Source of the DNA: an uncultured delta proteobacterium
Lineage (GTDB): Bacteria; Desulfobacterota; Binatia; HRBIN30; BPIQ01
Length of the DNA: 64,000 nt
Assembly (NCBI GenBank): GCA_963761335.1
Contig: CAVXGR010000015.1
Span: 128,001 to 192,000, forward strand
Direction: 5' to 3'
Every line of letters starts with the position of its first letter. Within the stretch, counting starts at the first letter, position 1. The translations under genes were made by a program, and so were the position numbers. Positions 22,511 to 32,901 of this stretch are shown one piece after another. A model generated the notes under the pieces. That model saw nothing but the letters and a program-made list of their open reading frames with translations. It ran no database searches and was not told the DNA's origin.

Positions 22511-23676
22511 GGGAATATCACCGTGCCGTTGCGGCCTCCTTGAAAGAAAGGCTCGTTTCCGGTGGTCACCGGGTTCCCGAAGGAATCGAACTTGTCGAGC
22601 ACCAGCCCGATGAGCGATGCCCCCGCGCCGCGCACGATGAGATGTGCCGTGTCGGTGCCCAGAACCGAGCGCCGCATCGTGCTGCTCACCTGATCGAGCG
22701 GGCGGCGATCCCAGCAGAGAACGCTGATCGAGGCGGAGAAGGCCTGCTCGAACTCGTTGATGATCTGGAAGCTCGCCGTCACCCGACTGGGTATCTGGTT
22801 GAGGAAGTCCTGATCGCAGGGGGTCAGCACGATCTCGCTCTCCGAGCCCGGCTGCACCGCCAGCACGTCGAAGTGGAGGCGGTCGGGGCACTTCTCGTAA
22901 GTGACGCCGTCGAGGTCATAGACTCCGTCGAAGTCGCCGTCGGTCAGCCGCCGGAAAGCCACGGCGCTGTAGCTGGCCGCCTGACCGCTGTCGTCGAAGA
23001 CGATGGCGCGGCCCTGTATGGTGTTGTGGGCGCTGACGCTGCGGTTCTGCGGAATCACGCCGCACTTCAGCTCGCCCTCGCCGTCAAACGGGGGCACGGA
23101 GGTGAAGTTGGCGGGGTTGCGCGTGCCGCGGCTGGCCAGCCAGGAAAGTGGCTGATTGGGAGTCAGGGAGACGAAGAAGCCGAGCTCGATCCAGTTGTCG
23201 GCGCGCAGATAGAAGCACTCGAGTGACTGGTCGGTGCCGGTCAGGTTGACCAGCTCGATGCGTGTGTCCTGGGTCACGTTGCTGGCCGTGACCTGCGACT
23301 GGATGAGCGGGAAAACCAGTAGCGTCGCCGGGAGCTTCTGTGCCGGCGACTCCCCGGTGGCCGACGGCAGCGTGCTGCCTTCTCCCGAGAGGTCCGGGGT
23401 GAACGTCGGAATCGGAGTGGAGGTCGGGCGCGGTGTCCTGGTCAGGGTGGCGGTCCGCGTCGGACTGGCGGTCCGCGTCGGGGTGCGGGTGATCGTGGGG
23501 GTCTTGGTGCGCGTTGCCGTCGGTGCCGTGGGCGTGGGGGTCGCCGAGGGATTCCCTCCCGGGGAGACGAACCGCAGCCGGCCCCAAGTAAACCACCACT
23601 GCGCCTGCGCCATCGGCGCCAGGCCCAACCATAGTCCGATGACGGCCATTGCTGTGAACCGCGTTCGTGAACCCAC
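22507..23676 (-). CDS. Secreted hypothetical protein with Pro/Thr-rich linker
   Basis: Signal peptide, (TP/TR)n linker, then a Cys-containing globular domain. Confidence 0.75.
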   Translation of the reverse strand: MGSRTRFTAMAVIGLWLGLAPMAQAQWWFTWGRLRFVSPGGNPSATPTPTAPTATRTKTPTITRTPTRTASPTRTATLTRTPRPTSTPIPTFTPDLSGEGSTLPSATGESPAQKLPATLLVFPLIQSQVTASNVTQDTRIELVNLTGTDQSLECFYLRADNWIELGFFVSLTPNQPLSWLASRGTRNPANFTSVPPFDGEGELKCGVIPQNRSVSAHNTIQGRAIVFDDSGQAASYSAVAFRRLTDGDFDGVYDLDGVTYEKCPDRLHFDVLAVQPGSESEIVLTPCDQDFLNQIPSRVTASFQIINEFEQAFSASISVLCWDRRPLDQVSSTMRRSVLGTDTAHLIVRGAGASLIGLVLDKFDSFGNPVTTGNEPFFQGGRNGTVIFP

Positions 23677-23771
23677 CTATATCTCCTTCGCCAGCCCCGA
23701 TGCGGGCGCCATACTAGGCTTGCGTCTGGCCTTCGTCAAATGCAATTTGTTCATGACAGACGGACGTTTAC

Positions 23772-24272
23772 ATGCCCGATCCGCGCCATTGCCCGCGCTG
23801 CGGCGGGGCCCTCGATGGGCCCCGGGGGAGCGCCTTTCACTGCCCGCACTGCGGTCAGGTGACCTATCGCAACCCGGCCGTCGGTGTTGCCGTGGTGATC
23901 GTCGACAGCGACCGGGTGCTGCTCGGGCGCCGCAGTCGGGGAGACTATGCCGGTCTCTGGTGCGTTCCCTGCGGCTATGTCGAATGGGGCGAGGACGTGC
24001 GCGAGGCGGCGCGCCGGGAGCTGCTCGAGGAGACTGGCCTGCGCGCCGAGATCGGCGAGGTGATCGGCGTCCATTCCAACTTCCATGATCCCGACAAGCT
24101 CACCGTCGGCATCTGGTTCCGCGGCGAGGTGCGCGGCGGTGAGCTGCGCGCCGCGGACGACCTGGATGCCGCCGCGTACTGGTCGCTCGCCGCCCTGCCG
24201 CCGCTCGCCTTTCCGACCGACGCCATGGTGCTCGAGCAGCTGCGGCCGCGGCTCAGCCGCGGCGACGGCTGA
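23772..24272 (+). CDS. NUDIX hydrolase with N-terminal zinc ribbon
   Basis: CPRCG..CPHCG ribbon and Nudix box GYVEWGEDVREAARRELLEETG. Confidence 0.92.
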   Translation: MPDPRHCPRCGGALDGPRGSAFHCPHCGQVTYRNPAVGVAVVIVDSDRVLLGRRSRGDYAGLWCVPCGYVEWGEDVREAARRELLEETGLRAEIGEVIGVHSNFHDPDKLTVGIWFRGEVRGGELRAADDLDAAAYWSLAALPPLAFPTDAMVLEQLRPRLSRGDG

Positions 24273-24573
24273 TGCGGCACCGCCGCGCCCGCGGGGCCGA
24301 GGTGGAGTTGGGCGATTTGGGCCGCGCCCGGCGCTTCGAGCTGTTTGCCCGCGGGCCGGCGCCCATGCGCGCCTCGTAACGCGCCAGGCCCTCGTTGAGC
24401 ATGGCGAGGACGACCTCGGCCTTGCGCGCGTGCAGAATGCGCCCCGCTTCGTCGAGCCGGTCGAGAAGCTCGACCGGCAGCCGGATGCTCAGCAGCTTCT
24501 CCTCGTGTGTCGGCTGTGACGCGAGATCACTGAGCCGCAGGCGCGAGTGTATGAGTGACGCTTGACGGGGCAC
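24253..24573 (-). CDS. Putative ribbon-helix-helix DNA-binding protein
   Basis: LLSIRLPVELLDRLDEAG...KAEVV fits the RHH pattern. Confidence 0.55.
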   Translation of the reverse strand: MPRQASLIHSRLRLSDLASQPTHEEKLLSIRLPVELLDRLDEAGRILHARKAEVVLAMLNEGLARYEARMGAGPRANSSKRRARPKSPNSTSAPRARRCRISRRRG

Positions 24574-24722
24574 TAGCAGTCACCTTCATCTACGCATCAC
24601 CGTACGGGCTGAATTATGCGCTTGCAAGACGGGGGTGACAGATTTTCCGTGAAGCACCGCTCGCTACCGAGCTGTCGAATTTCCGATCGTTGGCTGGCGA
24701 CGATAGGCTCGCGGGCGCTGCC

Positions 24723-25370
24723 TCAGTGCGCTGGGAATGGGCGCCGCAGGGCGGCCGCGGCCAGATCCGGAGAGTCGGTGCCGAGCACTGCCGAGATGGC
24801 AGCCACTCCGTGGGCTCCGGCCGCCGCCACGGCGGCGGAGTTCTCGGCGTTGATGCCGCCGATGGCGAAGACCGGCAGGCCGGCGCCGCGTACCGCTTGG
24901 CGCAGGCGTTCGAGCCCCAGAGGGGTGCCGTAGGCGCGCTTCGAGGCGGTGTCGAAGATCGGCCCGAAGACGGCGAAATCGGCACCGGCGTCGCGGGCGG
25001 CGCGGATCTCGGGCGCGGCGTGAGTGGAGCGGCCGATCAGCGCCCCGGGGCCGAGCAGGCGGCGCGCCTCGGCGACCGGGAAGGAGTTGGCGGGCAGGTG
25101 CACGCCGTCGGCGCCGACGGCGAGTGCGACATCGATGCGGTCATTGATCAGCAACGGCGCGCCGTGGCGGCGGCAGATCTCGAGCAGCGCCGCGGCGAGC
25201 TGGCACAGATCGCCGCCGTCGAGGCCCTTCTCGCGCAACTGCACGGCGCCGGCACCGCCGCGCAAAGCGCCCTCGACGCGCTCCAGGAGGACGCGCGTCG
25301 AGCCGCAGAGCCGCCGATCGGTGATCAGGTAGAGGCGGAAGTCTACCTGGCGCGTGGGCGGAGCCGGCAT
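24723..25370 (-). CDS. thiE: Thiamine phosphate synthase
   Basis: Motifs LYLITDR, VQLREK, INDRIDVA, GVHL and AIGGI; downstream of thiG. Confidence 0.9.
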   Translation of the reverse strand: MPAPPTRQVDFRLYLITDRRLCGSTRVLLERVEGALRGGAGAVQLREKGLDGGDLCQLAAALLEICRRHGAPLLINDRIDVALAVGADGVHLPANSFPVAEARRLLGPGALIGRSTHAAPEIRAARDAGADFAVFGPIFDTASKRAYGTPLGLERLRQAVRGAGLPVFAIGGINAENSAAVAAAGAHGVAAISAVLGTDSPDLAAAALRRPFPAH

Positions 25371-25398
25371 CCGCGGAGAGGGCAGCCGATCGGCGCGA

Positions 25399-26175
25399 TC
25401 AGGACAGAAGCCCTTCGATCGGGCTCGAGGCGGTGGCGTAGAGCTTCTTCTGTATCCGTCCGGCGCGATACGCCTTGCGGCCTGCCTCGACCGCGAGGCG
25501 CATGGCCTCCGCCATCAGGACCGGATCGGCCGCGCCGGCGATGGCGCTGTTCATCAGCACCGCCTCGCATCCCAGCTCCATGGCGATCGCCGCGTCCGAG
25601 GCGGTGCCGACGCCGGCGTCGACGATGACCGGCACCCGGCTCTGCTCGAGGATGATGCGGATGTTGTACGGATTGCGGATGCCGAGGCCGGAGCCGATGG
25701 GCGCCGCCAGCGGCATCACCGCGGCGCAGCCGAGATCCTGGAGCTTCCTGGCGGCGATTGGGTCGTCGTTCAGGTAGGGAAGCACCGAGAATCCCTCTTT
25801 CACCAGAACGGACGCGGCTTCGATGGTGGCCGGGACGTCCGGGAAAAGGGTCTTCTCGTCGCCGATCACCTCCAGCTTGACGAGAGTGCCGACCCCCGCC
25901 TCGCGCGCCAGGCGGGCGGTGCGGATCGCTTCCGCGGCGTTGTAGCAGCCGGCGGTGTTGGGCAGCACGGTGATGCGCTCGAGATCCAGATAATCGAGCA
26001 GGTTCTCCTTGTGCGGATCGGTGATGTTCACGCGGCGCAGTGCCACGGTGACGATCTCGGCCCCGGACGCGTCGATGGCGCGCCGAGTCTCGGCGAAGTC
26101 CTTGTACTTCCCGGTGCCGACAATCAGACGCGAACGGTAGCTCTTGCCGGCGAGCTCGAAGATATCGTTGTCCAT
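25399..26175 (-). CDS. thiG: Thiazole synthase
   Basis: Motifs [36 protein letters not shown] and [10 protein letters not shown]. Confidence 0.97.
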   Translation of the reverse strand: MDNDIFELAGKSYRSRLIVGTGKYKDFAETRRAIDASGAEIVTVALRRVNITDPHKENLLDYLDLERITVLPNTAGCYNAAEAIRTARLAREAGVGTLVKLEVIGDEKTLFPDVPATIEAASVLVKEGFSVLPYLNDDPIAARKLQDLGCAAVMPLAAPIGSGLGIRNPYNIRIILEQSRVPVIVDAGVGTASDAAIAMELGCEAVLMNSAIAGAADPVLMAEAMRLAVEAGRKAYRAGRIQKKLYATASSPIEGLLS

Positions 26176-26180
26176 CTCGC

Positions 26181-26381
26181 TCAGCCTCCTCCGATGAAGT
26201 GCACGATCTCGACCACGTCGCCGGCGGCGATTGTGCGCGTCTCATAGCTGTCGCGCGCCAGGATCTCGCGGTTGATTTCGACGGCGAGGCGGCGGCGGTT
26301 CAGCTGCAGCTGGAGAAGCAGCCCTTCGACGGAGATGCCCTCGGCCAGCTCGCGCGTCTCACCGTTCAGGGTGATCTGCAT
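26181..26381 (-). CDS. thiS: Sulfur carrier protein ThiS
   Basis: 66 aa with C-terminal GG, directly upstream of thiG. Confidence 0.95.
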   Translation of the reverse strand: MQITLNGETRELAEGISVEGLLLQLQLNRRRLAVEINREILARDSYETRTIAAGDVVEIVHFIGGG

Positions 26382-26540
26382 GCAATCGAAAATAGCCGGC
26401 GTCCATTACCTTTACAACGGGGAGGCCATTTGCTAACCACCCCGCGTCGGCGTCTTTTCGGCAAGATCACCACACATACCGCAATCCGCGGAGGCGCTCT
26501 CCGCGAGTGTCGTTCGCATCCCCGGCGAGGGAGGAGGTCC

Positions 26541-28088
26541 ATGGGCAAAATCACGCGCGCGTTGATCAGTGTGAGCGACAAACGCGGCCTGGTGACCTTC
26601 GCCCGTGAGCTGGCCGCGCACCGCGTGGAGATCCTCTCCACCGGCGGCACGGCGCGTGAGCTGCAGGACGCCGGCATTGCCGTGACCATGGTGAGCGACT
26701 ACACCGGCTCTCCGGAGATCCTCGACGGCCGCGTGAAGACGTTGCATCCGAAGATCCATGGCGGTCTGCTCGGGCGGCGCGATCTCGAGACGCACCGCCG
26801 CCAGATGCAGGATCAGGACATCGAGCCGATCGACATGGTGGTGGTGAATCTCTACCCCTTCGAATCCACCGTGGCCAAGCCCGGCTGTACCTTCGAGGAC
26901 GCCATCGAGAACATCGACATCGGCGGCCCCTCGATGCTGCGCTCGGCGGCCAAGAATCATCGGGACGTGACCGTGGTCGTCGACCCGGACGACTACGGCG
27001 TCGTCCTCGAGGAGATCCGCGCCTCCTCCGGCTCGGTCTCGGCGGTCACCAACTTCCGCCTGGCGAAGAAGGCCTTCCAGACCACGGCGCGCTACGACGG
27101 TGCCATCGCCGATTACCTCGGCGGGCTGCATGCCGAGACGCCGTTCGGCGAGACGGTCCACCTGCAGCTGCGCAAGGCGCAGGACCTGCGCTACGGCGAG
27201 AACCCGCATCAGAAGGCGGCCCTCTACGGCAACTTCCTCGAGCTGTGCGAGCAGCTGCACGGCAAGGAGCTGTCCTTCAACAACATCGTCGACATCAACG
27301 CCGCCATGCAGCTGATGCTCGAGTTCGGCGGCGCCCGCGATACGGTGGTTGCCATTCTCAAGCACAATACGCCGTGTGGCGTCGGCCGCGCCGACGGCGA
27401 TCTCGACGCCTATCGCAAGGCGTTCACCACGGATCCGGACTCGCCCTTTGGCGGCATCATCATCACCAATCGACCGTGGAGTCTGCCACTGGCGCGCGAG
27501 GTCGACGAGATCTTCTCCGAGGTGCTGATCGCGCCGTCGTTCGACACCGACGCCTTCGAGCTGCTGCGCCGCAAGAAGAACCGCCGCCTGATGCGCTGGC
27601 TTCCCGAGAAGGTCGACCGGGAGCAGCGGGACTGGAAGCGCGTCTACGGCGGCGTGCTGATCCAGGAGGCGGATCTCGCCATGGAAGATCCGGCGCAGGC
27701 CAAGGTGGTCAGCAAACGCGCTCCCACTGCGGCGGAGCTCGAGGCCTTCGCCTTCGGGTTGCCCATCGTCAAGCACATCAAGTCGAATGCCGTCGCCTTC
27801 GTCGCCGCCGACCGCACCCTCGCCGTCGGCGGTGGGCAGACCTCCCGTGTCGATCCCGTGCTCCTGGCCGTCGACCGGGCACGGCGTCTCCAGCTCGATC
27901 TGCGGGGCTCGGTGGTCGCCAGCGAAGCGTTCTTCCCCTTTCCGGACGCCGTGGAGGCGATCGCCGCGGCCGGGGCGACGGCGGTGATCCAACCCGGCGG
28001 CAGCACGCGCGACGAGCTGGTCATCGAGGCCGCCGACCGCGCCGGCATGGCAATGCTCTTTACCGGGGTGCGCCACTTCAAGCATTGA
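26541..28088 (+). CDS. purH: Bifunctional AICAR transformylase / IMP cyclohydrolase
   Basis: Motifs RALISVSDK, GRVKTLHP, IDIGGPSMLRSAAKN, LRYGENPHQ and TGVRHFKH; GGAGG RBS. Confidence 0.97.
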   Translation: MGKITRALISVSDKRGLVTFARELAAHRVEILSTGGTARELQDAGIAVTMVSDYTGSPEILDGRVKTLHPKIHGGLLGRRDLETHRRQMQDQDIEPIDMVVVNLYPFESTVAKPGCTFEDAIENIDIGGPSMLRSAAKNHRDVTVVVDPDDYGVVLEEIRASSGSVSAVTNFRLAKKAFQTTARYDGAIADYLGGLHAETPFGETVHLQLRKAQDLRYGENPHQKAALYGNFLELCEQLHGKELSFNNIVDINAAMQLMLEFGGARDTVVAILKHNTPCGVGRADGDLDAYRKAFTTDPDSPFGGIIITNRPWSLPLAREVDEIFSEVLIAPSFDTDAFELLRRKKNRRLMRWLPEKVDREQRDWKRVYGGVLIQEADLAMEDPAQAKVVSKRAPTAAELEAFAFGLPIVKHIKSNAVAFVAADRTLAVGGGQTSRVDPVLLAVDRARRLQLDLRGSVVASEAFFPFPDAVEAIAAAGATAVIQPGGSTRDELVIEAADRAGMAMLFTGVRHFKH

Positions 28089-28154
28089 CAGTGACGCCGC
28101 GCCGTGTGAGGTGATCGGCATCGAGCCGGAACGGGCCGCGTCGGAAGTACATCC

Positions 28155-29435
28155 ATGAAAGTTCTCGTTGTGGGAGGAGGAGGACGGGAGCATGCGCTGG
28201 TGTGGAAGCTCAGCCGCTCGCCTCGCGTCTCCAAACTATACTGCGCTCCCGGAAACGCCGGCATCGCCGAGCTCGCCGAGCTGGTGCCGGTGGGTGCGGA
28301 CGATGTGCACGGCCTGGTACGCTTCGCATCGCAGAACGCCATCGACCTCACCGTCATCGGCCCCGAGCTGCCGCTGACCCTCGGCGTCGCCGACGAGTTC
28401 GAACGCCACGAGCTGCGTCTCTTCGGCCCCAACCGGCAGGCGGCGGAGCTCGAGGGCAGCAAGGCCTTCGCCAAGGATCTGCTGCGCCGCTGCCGGATCC
28501 CCACCGGGTTCTTCAGCACCTTCTCCGATGCCGACGAGGCGCACCGGTATCTCGAGGAGGTGGGCGCTCCCATCGTCGTCAAAGCCGACGGGCTCGCCGC
28601 CGGCAAGGGGGTGGTGATCTGCCAGACGCGGCGCGAGGCGGAGCAGGCGGTCGACGAGATCCTCCGTGGTCGGCTGTTCGGCGATGCCGGCAACCGCGTC
28701 ATCATCGAGGAGTATCTCGAGGGCGAAGAGGCGTCCTTCATGGTGCTCGTCGACGGCACCACCGCCGTGCCCCTGGCGACCTCGCAGGACCACAAGGCCG
28801 CCTACGACGGCGACAAGGGCCCCAATACCGGCGGTATGGGTGCCTACTCGCCGGCGCCGGTGATCACCGCGGCGATGCAGGAGCAGATCATGGAGGAGAT
28901 CATCGACCCGCTGATGCGGGGCCTGCGCGAGCGCAAGGTGCTCTACAAGGGTGTGCTCTACGCCGGCCTGATGATCAAGAATGGGCGACCGAAGGTGCTC
29001 GAGTTCAACGCCCGCTTCGGCGATCCCGAGTGCCAGGTGATCATGATGCGCCTGCGCAGCGACCTCGTCGACCTGCTCGAGGCGACCATCGACGGCCGAC
29101 TCGACCGGGTGCAGATCGACTGGGATCGGCGCGCCGCCGCATGCGTGGTGCTCGCCGCTCCGGGGTACCCCGGAACCTACGAGAAGGGGGCCGAGATCCA
29201 TGGCCTCGAGGACCTGCGCGACTGGAAGAGCGGCGTCGTCTTTCACGCGGGGACGGCGCGTCGCGACTCCACCTTCGTCACCAATGGCGGTCGCGTCCTC
29301 GGCGTCACTGCTCTGGGCGCCGACATCGGCGCGGCCGTGCGCGAGGCGTACCGCGGCGTCGACCGGATTCACTGGGAGGGAATGCACCTGCGGCGCGACA
29401 TCGGTCATCGCGTGCTTGCCGCCGGCGCTGCTTGA
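28155..29435 (+). CDS. purD: Phosphoribosylamine-glycine ligase
   Basis: Motifs [30 protein letters not shown] and [10 protein letters not shown]. Confidence 0.97.
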   Translation: MKVLVVGGGGREHALVWKLSRSPRVSKLYCAPGNAGIAELAELVPVGADDVHGLVRFASQNAIDLTVIGPELPLTLGVADEFERHELRLFGPNRQAAELEGSKAFAKDLLRRCRIPTGFFSTFSDADEAHRYLEEVGAPIVVKADGLAAGKGVVICQTRREAEQAVDEILRGRLFGDAGNRVIIEEYLEGEEASFMVLVDGTTAVPLATSQDHKAAYDGDKGPNTGGMGAYSPAPVITAAMQEQIMEEIIDPLMRGLRERKVLYKGVLYAGLMIKNGRPKVLEFNARFGDPECQVIMMRLRSDLVDLLEATIDGRLDRVQIDWDRRAAACVVLAAPGYPGTYEKGAEIHGLEDLRDWKSGVVFHAGTARRDSTFVTNGGRVLGVTALGADIGAAVREAYRGVDRIHWEGMHLRRDIGHRVLAAGAA

Positions 29436-29443
29436 GAGGATCG

Positions 29444-29965
29444 ATGGCAAGTCGAAGCAAGGCCCCGCGCGTGGGCATTCTCATGGGGAGTGACAGCGAC
29501 TGGGAAGTCATGTCGGTTGCGGCCAAGCGCTTGGACGAGCTCGGCATTGCCTACGAGGTCACGGTCACGTCCGCGCACCGCTCCCCGGGCGCCACGGCGG
29601 AGTACGCGGCGCGGGCACGCGACCGCGGACTGCAGGCGCTGATCGTCGGGGCCGGCGCCGCCGCGCACCTGGCGGGTGCGGTGGCGGCACAGACGACGCT
29701 GCCGGTGATCGGCGTGCCTCTCGACGCCACCAGTCTCGGCGGGCTCGACGCCCTGCTGTCGACGGTGCAGATGCCCGCCGGCGTGCCGGTGGCGACAGTG
29801 GCCATCGGCAGCGCCGGCGCCGGCAACGCCGCCATTCTCGCCGCGCAGATCCTGGCGACGGCCGACAGCGGGCTGGTGCGCAAGCTCGATCGCTTCAAGC
29901 GCGATCTCGAGCAGCAGGTCGAGAAGAAGAATGCTCGGCTCCAGCAGCAGCGACGCGGACGCTGA
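29444..29965 (+). CDS. purE: N5-CAIR mutase
   Basis: Motifs MGSDSD, SAHR, AGAAAHL, PVIGVP and [12 protein letters not shown]. Confidence 0.96.
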   Translation: MASRSKAPRVGILMGSDSDWEVMSVAAKRLDELGIAYEVTVTSAHRSPGATAEYAARARDRGLQALIVGAGAAAHLAGAVAAQTTLPVIGVPLDATSLGGLDALLSTVQMPAGVPVATVAIGSAGAGNAAILAAQILATADSGLVRKLDRFKRDLEQQVEKKNARLQQQRRGR

Positions 29966-30563
29966 GTCGCCTGTGCGCACCGCCGTCGAGGCGCTGCGTC
30001 GCGGCGATGCGGTGGTCTATCCGACCGAGACCTTCTACGGGCTGGGTGTCGACGCCACCTGCCCGCCGGCGCTCGAACGGCTGCGACAGCTCAAGCTGCG
30101 CGCCGCCGGCAAGCCGATCTCCGTTCTCGTCGCCGATCGGCGCATGCTCGGTGCGGTCGCTACCGCGGTGCCGCCCGAGGCGGAACGCCTGATGGATCGC
30201 TTCTGGCCCGGACCGCTGACGCTGGTTCTGCCGGCGCGTCCCGACCTGTCGCCGCTGCTCACCGCCGGCACCGGTACCATCGGCGTGCGCTGCTCCAGTC
30301 ATCCGCTTGCCCAGGCGCTCGTCTCCGCATTCGGCGGGCCGGTGACCACGCCGAGCGCCAACCCGGCGGCGGCCGAGCCGCCGGTGACGGTAGCGGAGGC
30401 GCGTGGCTACTTCGCCGATGACGTCGCCGTATACGTCGATGGTGGCGAGCTGCCGGGAGGCCTGGGCTCGACGGTGTTGGCGCTGCACCCGCAGCCGCGA
30501 ATCCTGCGCGCCGGAGTGCTGCCGGAAGCGGACATCTTTCGGGTCCTGGAGGAGAGGCGCTGA
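29931..30563 (+). CDS. tsaC: L-threonylcarbamoyladenylate synthase (YrdC/Sua5)
   Basis: Motifs [20 protein letters not shown] and TPSAN. Start may be GTG 29973. Confidence 0.9.
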   Translation: MLGSSSSDADAESPVRTAVEALRRGDAVVYPTETFYGLGVDATCPPALERLRQLKLRAAGKPISVLVADRRMLGAVATAVPPEAERLMDRFWPGPLTLVLPARPDLSPLLTAGTGTIGVRCSSHPLAQALVSAFGGPVTTPSANPAAAEPPVTVAEARGYFADDVAVYVDGGELPGGLGSTVLALHPQPRILRAGVLPEADIFRVLEERR

Positions 30564-31843
30564 TGGCCGAGATTCGTCCCTTTCGCGCTCTGCACTACGA
30601 GCCGGATGTTGTCGGAGATTTCGCCGGCGTGGTGGCGCCGCCGTACGACGTCATCGATGACGTGCAGCGCGATGCCCTGTACGCCCGCAGCCCCTACAAC
30701 GTCGTGCGCCTTATCCTCGGCCGCGAAGCCGATCGCTACGCGGCCGCGGCGCACTGCCTCGCCGAGTGGCGCGCCGCCGGCGCCCTGGTGCGCGACGGCG
30801 AGCCTGCCCTCTACGTCTATGTGCAGGACTTTCGCCTCCCCGACGGCGACCTGCGGCAGCGCGGCGGCATCATCGGCGCGGTGCGCCTGGAGCCGTTCTC
30901 GACCGGCCGCATCCGTCCCCACGAGCGCACTCTCTCCGGACCCAAGGCCGATCGCATGCGCCTGATGGAGGCCTGCCGCGTCAACCTGAGCCCCATCTTC
31001 GGCCTCTATGCCGGCCGCTCCGCGGCCGTCGAAAAAGCCCGTGAGGAGTGCGACCGCACGCCGCCCCTGGTGGACATCCGCGACGGCGAGGAGGTGCGGC
31101 ACCGACTGTGGAGGATATCGCCGGCCGACGCGACGGCGATCGCCGCGGAGCTCGAGCCGCAGACGATCTTCATCGCCGACGGCCATCACCGCTACGAGAC
31201 AGCGCTGGAGTATCGCAACCGGCAGGCGGAGCGGCGGCAGCTGTCGAGCGACGATCCGGCGAACTTCATCATGATGTTCCTCTGCAGCATGGCCGACCCG
31301 GGGCTGGTGGTTCTGCCGACGCACCGCGTCCTCGTCGGTCTCGCGGCTTTTCGCCCCTCCGATTTTGTCGCCTCGTTGCACCCTGACTTTCAGGTGCGCG
31401 CGCTCGCCGACACGGAGCTGTTGGCGGCGCTTCACGCCGCGGAGCCACCCGGGCATCTCGGCATCGTGGCGCGCGGCGCCGGCGCCGCCTGGCTCGCCTC
31501 TCTGTCGAGCCCCGCCGTGCTCGACCGCGACGTCGCCGATCTCGTCCCCGCGGTACGCCACCTCGACGTGACGCTGCTGGATCGGCTGGTTCTGCAGAAG
31601 CGGCTCGGCGTCGACGCCGCCGCCGCCGCGCACGACGGGCGCCTGCGCTACGTTAAGGACGAGAACGAGGCCGTGGCGATGGTGCGCCACGGCGAGGCCG
31701 ACGCCGCCTTTCTCCTCAAGGCAACCCGCATCGACGAGGTGGAAGCCGTGTGCCTCTCCGGCGAGACCATGCCGGAGAAGTCGACGTATTTTTACCCGAA
31801 GCTGATCAGCGGGCTGTTGTTCAATCCGCTGGAGGACGAGTAG
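30563..31843 (+). CDS. DUF1015 family protein
   Basis: Motifs IRPFRAL, PPYDVI, PHERT, IADGHHRYETA and KSTYFYPKL. Confidence 0.92.
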   Translation: MAEIRPFRALHYEPDVVGDFAGVVAPPYDVIDDVQRDALYARSPYNVVRLILGREADRYAAAAHCLAEWRAAGALVRDGEPALYVYVQDFRLPDGDLRQRGGIIGAVRLEPFSTGRIRPHERTLSGPKADRMRLMEACRVNLSPIFGLYAGRSAAVEKAREECDRTPPLVDIRDGEEVRHRLWRISPADATAIAAELEPQTIFIADGHHRYETALEYRNRQAERRQLSSDDPANFIMMFLCSMADPGLVVLPTHRVLVGLAAFRPSDFVASLHPDFQVRALADTELLAALHAAEPPGHLGIVARGAGAAWLASLSSPAVLDRDVADLVPAVRHLDVTLLDRLVLQKRLGVDAAAAAHDGRLRYVKDENEAVAMVRHGEADAAFLLKATRIDEVEAVCLSGETMPEKSTYFYPKLISGLLFNPLEDE

Positions 31844-31862
31844 CGGCCGCCGCGACGGTTAT

Positions 31863-31907
31863 CCGGTTCTCCATCCCCGGTCACCGGTTCTCCATTCTCC
31901 ATTTCTT
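31863..31907 (+). repeat. 45-bp direct repeat, copy 1
   Basis: ccggttctccatccccggtcaccggttctccattctccatttctt; one mismatch to 32840-32884. Confidence 0.9.
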
Positions 31908-32047
31908 TTCCCAAGGAGTGCGAGGTCCCCGCCGACGGCTGGGGCTCACGCAACGGCGCTACGGCGCAACGCATGATCGCAGACCGCGTCGCCACCGGAA
32001 AAGTCAACAGACTCTGCTATCGCGAACCGCTGAGCTCCCACGCCGAA

Positions 32048-32485
32048 TCAGACCGATGGGACCTTCAGCCTGGAAGCTCTCGCCAGCGCCGCTTGACGGC
32101 GGTCGAAGGTGAGGAACGACGCGCAGCCGAGCACCAGGGCGCTGGCGACGTGCAAGATATCTAAACTGCGCGTGCCGAGTTTCTCCGAGTGCAGGGCGCT
32201 CAGGCGCTCGGCTTCGATCATTACATCGGGTAGGGCTGACGACGTCGGCGCGAGCACCCCGGCGGCGAGGTCGGCGAGCAGCATGTTCAACGACGCCTCA
32301 CGCTGAGCGCCGGTTATCTCGCGTCGAAAGACCCGCAGCCGCAACGCATTGCGCAGCTCGAGCTGATGCAGCCAGGTAAACGGCAGCGGCAGCGCCTGTC
32401 GCCGCATGCGCGCGACCACCCGCCGGGTGTGCGCATCGGGCGCGTACAGAGAGCAGAGAAAACCCGTGTCGGCGTAGCCGCTCAC
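32048..32485 (-). CDS. VapC-family PIN toxin
   Basis: Motifs YADTGFL, E..NALR, RSLDILHVASA and FLTFD.RQ. Confidence 0.9.
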   Translation of the reverse strand: MSGYADTGFLCSLYAPDAHTRRVVARMRRQALPLPFTWLHQLELRNALRLRVFRREITGAQREASLNMLLADLAAGVLAPTSSALPDVMIEAERLSALHSEKLGTRSLDILHVASALVLGCASFLTFDRRQAALARASRLKVPSV

Positions 32486-32724
32486 GTCTCGCCGCGCGAT
32501 TCGGAGACGATCTCAGTGCCCGTGGCGGGTAGTACCGCGGCTCCGTAGACACGCCGCAGGCGCGCACCGAAATCGGGCTTCTCGACGCGACCTGAGCGCC
32601 TGGGAGGTGATAGAATAGCCACCGGTTGATTGCGGCGCCGCACCTCCACGCGCTCACCTGCAGCGACCCAACCGAGCACGGTCGATGTATCGTGTTTGAG
32701 CTCACGAATCGTGGCGACTTTCAT
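32482..32724 (-). CDS. Phd/YefM-family antitoxin
   Basis: MKVATIRELKH...GERVEVRRRNQPVA; GTGA overlap with the toxin gene. Confidence 0.88.
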   Translation of the reverse strand: MKVATIRELKHDTSTVLGWVAAGERVEVRRRNQPVAILSPPRRSGRVEKPDFGARLRRVYGAAVLPATGTEIVSESRGET

Positions 32725-32839
32725 AGGTGTCACACTAACGTGACACATGGAACAGTGCAACATTTGGCCCAGGTTTTGAGACAACCTCTGAACCCCCCGG
32801 CTACCATCGAAGAATCAATGCGCAAGTCGGATTTGCCAA

Positions 32840-32884
32840 CCGGTTCTCCATCCCCGGCCACCGGTTCTCCATTCTCCATTTCTT
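32840..32884 (+). repeat. 45-bp direct repeat, copy 2
   Basis: Matches 31863-31907. Confidence 0.9.
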
Positions 32885-32901
32885 CTCTTCGATGCCGCCG
32901 C

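Noticed and set aside
23400..23545. Repetitive DNA resembling an array
   Set aside because: It encodes a Pro/Thr linker within a secreted protein and has no repeat-spacer structure.
26382..26540. Possible TPP riboswitch before thiS or ZTP riboswitch before purH
   Set aside because: Neither the TPP core (CTGAGA...ACCTGA) nor the ZTP consensus elements are visible on the relevant strand.
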